The notes under the pieces were generated by a model, which searched no databases, was not told the origin of the DNA, and saw only the letters and a list, made by a program, of their open reading frames with translations. From an uncultured Candidatus Saccharibacteria bacterium (lineage in GTDB: Bacteria > Patescibacteriota > Minisyncoccia > Minisyncoccales > GWA2-38-27), in the NCBI GenBank assembly GCA_964479375.1, contig CAYZKD010000001.1:7540-71539 (forward strand): a DNA stretch of 64,000 nucleotides. The letters run 5' to 3'. The position numbers were made by a program, and so were the translations under genes. Within the stretch, counting starts at the first letter, position 1. Each line of letters begins with the position of its first letter. Below, piece after piece: positions 59,901 to 64,000 of this stretch.

Positions 59901-61438
59901 GATATCACTACGCCGCAGGCATGAGTAGAGGCGTGCCGGGCCACTCCTTCTAATTTCAGAGCCAAATCTATTAATCTTTTTGCCTGTTCGTCTGATTGGT
60001 ATAAGTCCTTGAACTCTTTTACTTTCTTTAAGGTTTCTTCCAGAGAGAACCCAAAGGGAATCATCTTGGCTATTTTATCGCAATAGCCATAGCTGTAATT
60101 TAAAACCCTGCCCACGTCTCTTATTACGGCCCTGGCTGCCATTGTTCCAAAAGTTATAATTTGGGCTACTCTTTCTCTTCCATATTCTTGGGCGACATAA
60201 GATATTACTTCGTCTCTTCTTCTGTCTGCAAAGTCAAGGTCAATATCTGGCATAGAAACTCTTTCCGGATTTAAGAATCTTTCAAAGAGAAGATCGTATT
60301 TAAGGGGGTTAATATTAGTGATATTCAGAAGATAGGCGGCCAAAGATCCGCCCACAGAGCCCCTTCCCGGTCCTACAATGATGCGGTTTTCTTTTGCCCA
60401 GTTAACAAAGTCCTGAACAATAAGAAAATAAGAGGCAAAACCCGTCTGTTTGATTACAGACAACTCGTATTCTAGGCGGTCTTCCATTTCTTTTTTATAA
60501 TTCTTCCCGAATTTTTCTTCTAATCCCCTATAGCACAATTCTTTTAAATGTTCCTCTGTTGTTTTTTTATCTGGCAAGTCAAACCTAGGTAGTTTCGTCT
60601 TTCCCAGTTCAAGTTCAAAATTGCACTTTTCTGCTATCTTTTGGGTATTCTCTATGGCCTGAGGCACGTTCTTGAAGGCTTTCTTCATTTCTTCGGGAGA
60701 CTTTAAGGAGAGGTCTTCGGTCTTCATGGTGAGACGTTCGGGATCGTTTTGGTCGGCCCCGGTGTTTATCATCATTAAAATATCTTGAGCCTGTCCGTCT
60801 TCTGTTTTCAAATAATGAACGTCATTAGTGGCTACCAGAGGGATATCAAGCTCTTTTGCCATGGGGATTATAGATTTATTGACTTTAACCTGGCCTTCGT
60901 TTTGAGGATGGTGCTGTATTTCTAGATAAAAATCTTCTCCGAAAATCTTTTTGTATTTTAAAGCCACTCTTTTAGCCTCCTCTTCTTTTTTAGCCAGAAT
61001 AAGGCGAGGAATTTTTCCCTGTATACAGGCCGTACAGGCGACGAGCCCTTCGGAATATTGTTCTAAAATCTCTTCGTCTATTCTTGGTTTATAATAAAAG
61101 CCCTCAAGATGGGCTTTGGTCACTAATTTTACAAGGTTTTCGTATCCCTTTTTGTTCTTGGCAAGCAGGAGAAGATGATATCTGGTATCGTCAATTCTGG
61201 GTCTTTTCTGTTGCCTGCTCTCGTAGGCCTGATAGACCTCGCACCCTATGATTGGTTTTATGCCTCTTTCTTTGGCTTTTTGGAAGAATTCTACTGCGCC
61301 ATACATTACCCCATGGTCGGTAAGAGCCAAAGAGTCCATGCCCAATTCCTTTGCGTAATCTAAAAGTTCTTCGGGCTTGGCTAGCCCGTCTAATAAGGAG
61401 TAGTGGGAGTGGACGTGCAGGTGGGTAAATTTAGACAT
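56963..61438 (-). CDS. dnaE: DNA polymerase III alpha subunit precursor containing an intein (mature about 1056 aa)
   Basis: PHP domain (HLHVHSHYSLLDG), palm and fingers domains, then ...ILPFARYGFNK | SHSTAYAMIAYQTAYLKAHYPVEF split by the intein, and a C-terminal OB fold. Confidence 0.95.
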   Translation of the reverse strand: MSKFTHLHVHSHYSLLDGLAKPEELLDYAKELGMDSLALTDHGVMYGAVEFFQKAKERGIKPIIGCEVYQAYESRQQKRPRIDDTRYHLLLLAKNKKGYENLVKLVTKAHLEGFYYKPRIDEEILEQYSEGLVACTACIQGKIPRLILAKKEEEAKRVALKYKKIFGEDFYLEIQHHPQNEGQVKVNKSIIPMAKELDIPLVATNDVHYLKTEDGQAQDILMMINTGADQNDPERLTMKTEDLSLKSPEEMKKAFKNVPQAIENTQKIAEKCNFELELGKTKLPRFDLPDKKTTEEHLKELCYRGLEEKFGKNYKKEMEDRLEYELSVIKQTGFASYFLIVQDFVNWAKENRIIVGPGRGSVGGSLAAYLLNITNINPLKYDLLFERFLNPERVSMPDIDLDFADRRRDEVISYVAQEYGRERVAQIITFGTMAARAVIRDVGRVLNYSYGYCDKIAKMIPFGFSLEETLKKVKEFKDLYQSDEQAKRLIDLALKLEGVARHASTHACGVVISADPLTNSVPLQRPTQNDETIVTQYEMHAIEDLGLLKMDFLGLKNLTIIEDTLARIYVVRNKEKVDIEEIPLDDEKTFQLLQQGNTTGVFQLEGGGIRRFLKQLKPVKFEDIIAMVALYRPGPMQFLPDFIERRHGRQKTEYLHPKLKPILEETNGICIYQEQLMRIAREIAGFTLSEADILRKAVGKKIEKLLHGQKKKFIEGTVKNGIKKEVGEKIWQWILPFARYGFNKCVTGDTKIINPETGERVKVTDLLNDKKRAKGAFSLSKDLKIKKSKIVDVFSNGRKPVFEVRTKTGKRIKVTKNHPFLTGDGWKKLEEIKVGERVATPRIVPEPSKPVDIEDHKVAILGYLLAEGNFCHPRGFYFYSKSKEEIEDYIRYLEKFDNTLGRKDYKKKAIAVYSKRKNRKEKSEAVEWIRGLGLHNKKATQKFLPEFVFQLPESKVALLAAKMFQGDGCINFKNKLPAIFYSTSSAAIAEAFQSLLLRLGIISVIHKKKFRYREGVKIGYTINISRHDNIQKFIKHLSPYSLKEKKGVLEEIKKAHPILNGTIKPWPARGSRDIVPANIVVDIMRQTAEREMLTFAQISRENSFSKRLFLKDPEKKGYLREAVSFISQSMHSKELEKYATSDVFWDEIASIAPKGTEETFDLTIKDTHNFIANDIFVHNSHSTAYAMIAYQTAYLKAHYPVEFMASLMTSERNDVEKIAILIENAREMDIETLPPSLNESLKNFTVIPDKKQIRFGLLAIKNVGENVVDAIVKEKKERGPFKSIGDFAERMDSGVLNKKSLESLIRAGVFDEFGERNRLFQNMERVLEAVREKSKSKENGQKGLFDGSKFNNHLNLASAEPVSNFKKLGWEKELLGLYISSHPLEDYRNVFKEGALSLAKIGTSLTNRRVRVGGIISGIKKILTKNGKSMLFMQLEDLTGKREVVVFPSIMEKNPDVFEENKVVFVSARVDDRQGEIKLIAEAIEEIVNSS
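57902..59206 (-). mobile_element. dnaE intein (435 aa) with a LAGLIDADG endonuclease domain
   Basis: Starts CVTGDTKIINPETGE after FNK, ends DIFVHN, and the +1 residue is Ser. LAGLIDADG-like blocks ILGYLLAEGNF and LLAAKMFQGDGCI. Boundaries were checked codon by codon on the minus strand. Confidence 0.85.
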
Positions 61439-61526
61439 AAGTCCAGATTTATATTATAGCATTTTAACTTGATTGTGTGGAGAAAGCAAGTTTCTTTTTT
61501 CTTTGCTCTTGTTATAGAATAAGGCA

Positions 61527-62168
61527 ATGGAAAAACCAGATCTTAAAGAGGAAAAAATTGCTTGGAGGAAGGGGCACAGAAGAATATTGGGAGTAGACGA
61601 ATCCGGCAGAGGTTGCCTGGCAGGTCCGGTTGTGGCAGCGGCTGTTTCTTTGGATAGGCCTTCTAAGCATTTTTTAAATAAATTTCCGGGACTGAAAGAC
61701 TCCAAGAAACTTTCTGCTTCTAAAAGAGAGGATATTTTTAAACTCGCTCGTCTAGACCCGAGAGTAAAGTGGAGTGTTGCCAGGGTCTCAGGAAAAGTGA
61801 TTGATAGAATCAACATCTTTGAGGCTACAAAACTGGCCATGAAGAAAGCGGTGCTGAGCCTGGAGACAGATTTTATCCTTATAGACGGGATAATCAAGTT
61901 AGATCTTGATATCCCCCAGAAATATGTTGTTAGGGGAGACGACAGAATTTTCTCCTGTGCCCTGGCCTCTGTTTTTGCAAAAGTCATCAGGGACAAGGCC
62001 ATGGTAAAATACCATAAAAAATATTCTTGTTACGGCTTTGACAGGCACAAGGGATATTCCACTCGGTTGCATCAGAGCAATATTGAACAATACGGTTTAT
62101 GCAAAATCCATAGGAGAAGTTACGCTCCCTGCCGGCAAGCCCTTGCCAAAAGACGATTTTCTTGTTAG
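61527..62168 (+). CDS. rnhB: ribonuclease HII
   Basis: ILGVDESGRGCLAGPVVAAAV, DSKKLS, LIDG. Confidence 0.9.
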   Translation: MEKPDLKEEKIAWRKGHRRILGVDESGRGCLAGPVVAAAVSLDRPSKHFLNKFPGLKDSKKLSASKREDIFKLARLDPRVKWSVARVSGKVIDRINIFEATKLAMKKAVLSLETDFILIDGIIKLDLDIPQKYVVRGDDRIFSCALASVFAKVIRDKAMVKYHKKYSCYGFDRHKGYSTRLHQSNIEQYGLCKIHRRSYAPCRQALAKRRFSC

Positions 62169-62223
62169 GTTATAAGATAATATGGCAGTTCCAAAGCAGA
62201 GGAAAACAAAATCACGATCACAG

Positions 62224-62319
62224 GGTTTCCCCCGACCCCCTTTTAGAAACCCGCGGTTTCTAACATTTTTGGCTTTGCTCCGCTCGGCCAAAAGCCTGTT
62301 TTCCTACACGGGGGAAACC
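62224..62319 (+). repeat. MITE-like palindromic element, copy B1 (same family as 10851-10935)
   Basis: GGTTTCCCCCGACCCCCTTTTAGAAACCCGCGGTTTCTAAC...CGGGGGAAACC. Ends and sub-palindrome are conserved with copy A, reverse-complemented. The central hairpin differs. Confidence 0.7.
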
Positions 62320-62423
62320 CCGATTTTGTTGAGATTTTGATTACTTTTTTTCTCCGGACATATTTTTTTTAATACTATATTATGGCAGTTCCAAAGCAGA
62401 GGAAAACAAAATCACGATCACAG

Positions 62424-62519
62424 GGTTTCCCCCGACCCCCTTTTAGAAACCCGCGGTTTCTAACATTTTTGGCTTTGCTCCGCTCGGCCAAAAGCCTGTT
62501 TTCCTACACGGGGGAAACC
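62424..62519 (+). repeat. MITE-like palindromic element, copy B2 (identical to B1)
   Basis: Identical sequence, 200 bp downstream of B1. Confidence 0.7.
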
Positions 62520-62581
62520 CCGATTTTGTTGAGATTTTGATTACTTTTTTTCTCCGGACATATTTTTTTTAATACTATATT

Positions 62582-62860
62582 ATGGCAGTTCCAAAGCAGA
62601 GGAAAACAAAATCGAGGAGAGATAAAAGAAGGATGCATATTTCTGTCAAAAAACCTGATTTAACCGCTTGCCCCAAATGCGGCAGTTTGGTCAGGCCCCA
62701 TACGGCTTGTTCAAAATGCGGTTTTTACAGAGGGAGAGAGGTAATAAATATTATGGAAAAAATGGATAAAAAGGAAAGGAAGAAAAAGGAAAAAGAAATG
62801 GCAGAACAGGAAAAGCAGGAGAAAAAACCTTTAAATATGGAGAAATTGTCTCAGAAATAA
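62582..62860 (+). CDS. rpmF: 50S ribosomal protein L32 with a KE-rich C-terminal extension
   Basis: [17 protein letters not shown]...[20 protein letters not shown] matches L32. An extra tail of about 35 aa follows. Confidence 0.85.
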   Translation: MAVPKQRKTKSRRDKRRMHISVKKPDLTACPKCGSLVRPHTACSKCGFYRGREVINIMEKMDKKERKKKEKEMAEQEKQEKKPLNMEKLSQK

Positions 62861-62864
62861 TAAT

Positions 62865-63296
62865 ATGGCCTCTCGTCATCTAGCTCGTTCTATTGCAATG
62901 CAAAGTCTTTACGAGTGGGACTTTTACGGCAAGACCAAAGGTTCTTTGGAAGAAATTACAAAAAGAAACATAAAGGAATTTGGACCCGGTCTCCAAGACA
63001 CTTCTTTTGTGAACAAGTTGGTCGATGGGGTAGTTTCTAATTTGGACAAAATCGATAAAATATTGGGGAAAGCAGCCCCGGAATGGCCCGTTGAACAAAT
63101 CACCATAGTGGACAGAAATGTATTAAGGCTGGGTCTTTATGAGTTGCTTTTTGGCAGCAAGGAAGAAGTCCCCCCAAAGGTGGCCATTAATGAATCTATT
63201 GAATTGGCCAAGAAGTTTGGAGGGGAGAGCTCTGGGAAGTTTATTAATGGAGTTCTGGGGACAGTTTACAAACAAATGCAAGAAGAAGATGAGTAA
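62865..63296 (+). CDS. nusB: transcription antitermination factor NusB
   Basis: [14 protein letters not shown] and a C-terminal NGVLG. Confidence 0.88.
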   Translation: MASRHLARSIAMQSLYEWDFYGKTKGSLEEITKRNIKEFGPGLQDTSFVNKLVDGVVSNLDKIDKILGKAAPEWPVEQITIVDRNVLRLGLYELLFGSKEEVPPKVAINESIELAKKFGGESSGKFINGVLGTVYKQMQEEDE

Positions 63297-64000
63297 TTCC
63301 TCTGTTCCTGCCAGCCAAGAGTCTTTGAAAAAGAAATTTGGCCGGCTGGAAAAGAAAACAGGCATAAGATTTAAAAATAAAGACCTTCTTATTCGTGCTT
63401 TTGTTCACAGGTCTTTTTTAAATGAAGCTTCGAACAAAGGGTTAAGGCACAATGAAAGGTTGGAGTTTTTGGGGGATGCCGTTTTGGAGCACATTGTCAC
63501 AGACTTTCTTTTCAGGAAGTACCCAGACCAGTCAGAAGGAGTGTTAACCGCTTGGAGAGCTGCCTTGGTTAATTCCAAGACCTTGGCCGAAGTTTCTGAA
63601 GAATCGGGATTTGAGGATTTTCTTTTGCTTTCCAAGGGAGAGAATAACGACAGCAGGAAATCCAAACAGTATATTTTGGCAAACACCTTTGAGGCCTTTG
63701 TTGGCGCTTTGTATCTTGACCAAGGATTGAAAGTATGCGATAAATTTATTAGCAAAAACCTTCTTACAAAACTAGGCGAGATTATAAAGAATAATCTTTT
63801 TCTGGATTCCAAATCGCATTTTCAGGAAATGGCCCAAGAAAGGAAAAGAATAACCCCGGTCTATAAGGTTCTTAAAGAGTGGGGTCCAGATCACGCTAAG
63901 CACTTCATTGTTGGCGCCTATCTCGGCAAAGCGCTGGCAGCCAAGGGGGAGGGCCTTTCCAAGCAGGAAGCAGAAGAAAAAGCAGCTGAAAAAGCTCTTA
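63289..64000 (+). CDS. rnc: ribonuclease III (3' partial, continues beyond the window)
   Basis: RNase III signature [15 protein letters not shown], a catalytic domain, and the start of the dsRBD. It overlaps the nusB stop. It has no stop in the window, so it is missing from the ORF track. Confidence 0.9.
   Translation, partial: MSNSSVPASQESLKKKFGRLEKKTGIRFKNKDLLIRAFVHRSFLNEASNKGLRHNERLEFLGDAVLEHIVTDFLFRKYPDQSEGVLTAWRAALVNSKTLAEVSEESGFEDFLLLSKGENNDSRKSKQYILANTFEAFVGALYLDQGLKVCDKFISKNLLTKLGEIIKNNLFLDSKSHFQEMAQERKRITPVYKVLKEWGPDHAKHFIVGAYLGKALAAKGEGLSKQEAEEKAAEKAL

Larger units (their letters stand above)
62182..62581 (+). repeat. two perfect tandem copies of a 200-bp unit (62182-62381 and 62382-62581), each carrying the first 32 nt of rpmF plus a MITE-like element
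   Basis: Each unit is ATGGCAGTTCCAAAGCAGAGGAAAACAAAATC, then ACGATCACA, then the 96-bp palindromic element, then a 62-bp AT-rich tail ending TAATACTATATT. The third occurrence of the 32-mer is the real rpmF start at 62582. Confidence 0.9.

Noticed and set aside
61454-62002. 182-aa minus-strand ORF
   Set aside because: It is antisense to the well-supported rnhB and has no motifs.
62182-62581. CRISPR array
   Set aside because: The period is 200 bp with only 2-3 copies. The units contain a gene start codon and a long palindromic element rather than 25-40 bp repeats with unique spacers. No cas genes are present.

Overview
The gene content, small proteins with KE-rich tails, absence of L30 and several inteins make this look like a streamlined Candidate Phyla Radiation / Patescibacteria-type chromosome fragment. 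It carries most of the S10-spc-alpha ribosomal-protein superoperon (rpsS to rplO, then secY-adk-map, and later infA-rpmJ-rpsM-rpsK-rpsD-rpoA-rplQ-rplM-rpsI). An 8.5 kb block of non-ribosomal genes is wedged between map and infA: a GT2 glycosyltransferase, galT-like, a type IV pilin with a LamG domain, tpiA, a YkuK-like protein, a truncated alaS, an FtsA/PilM-like ATPase and a membrane protein. Downstream are murA, two mreB paralogs, holB, frr, rseP, proS, gatCA, a tRNA cluster, pheST, gyrB, secE-nusG-rplK, a dTTP-synthesis cluster (dCMP deaminase, a dut fusion, tmk, thyX), gatB, then on the minus strand miaA-miaB, a large membrane protein, thrS, a GH130-like glycosidase and dnaE, and finally rnhB, rpmF, nusB and rnc (partial). 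Strongest calls: (1) an initiator tRNA-fMet(CAT) gene interrupted by a 242-nt group I intron in the anticodon loop, with recognisable P/Q/R/S elements. (2) Four inteins in three essential genes: two in gyrB, one in thyX, one in dnaE, three of them with LAGLIDADG endonuclease motifs. (3) A previously undescribed roughly 85-96 bp palindromic MITE-like repeat family (terminal inverted repeats GGTTTCCCCCG / CGGGGGAAACC) present in three copies, each tied to an exact duplication of an adjacent gene terminus: a 50-bp duplication of the galT 3' end, and a 200-bp unit carrying the rpmF start codon repeated in tandem. (4) A small AT-rich island just downstream of the tRNA cluster encoding a cysteine-rich secreted protein, bracketed by identical 26-bp hairpin direct repeats. 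(5) A dUTPase fused to a degenerate cytidine/dCMP-deaminase-like domain. All calls come from reading the sequence and ORF translations and from recalled family motifs; no database search was possible.
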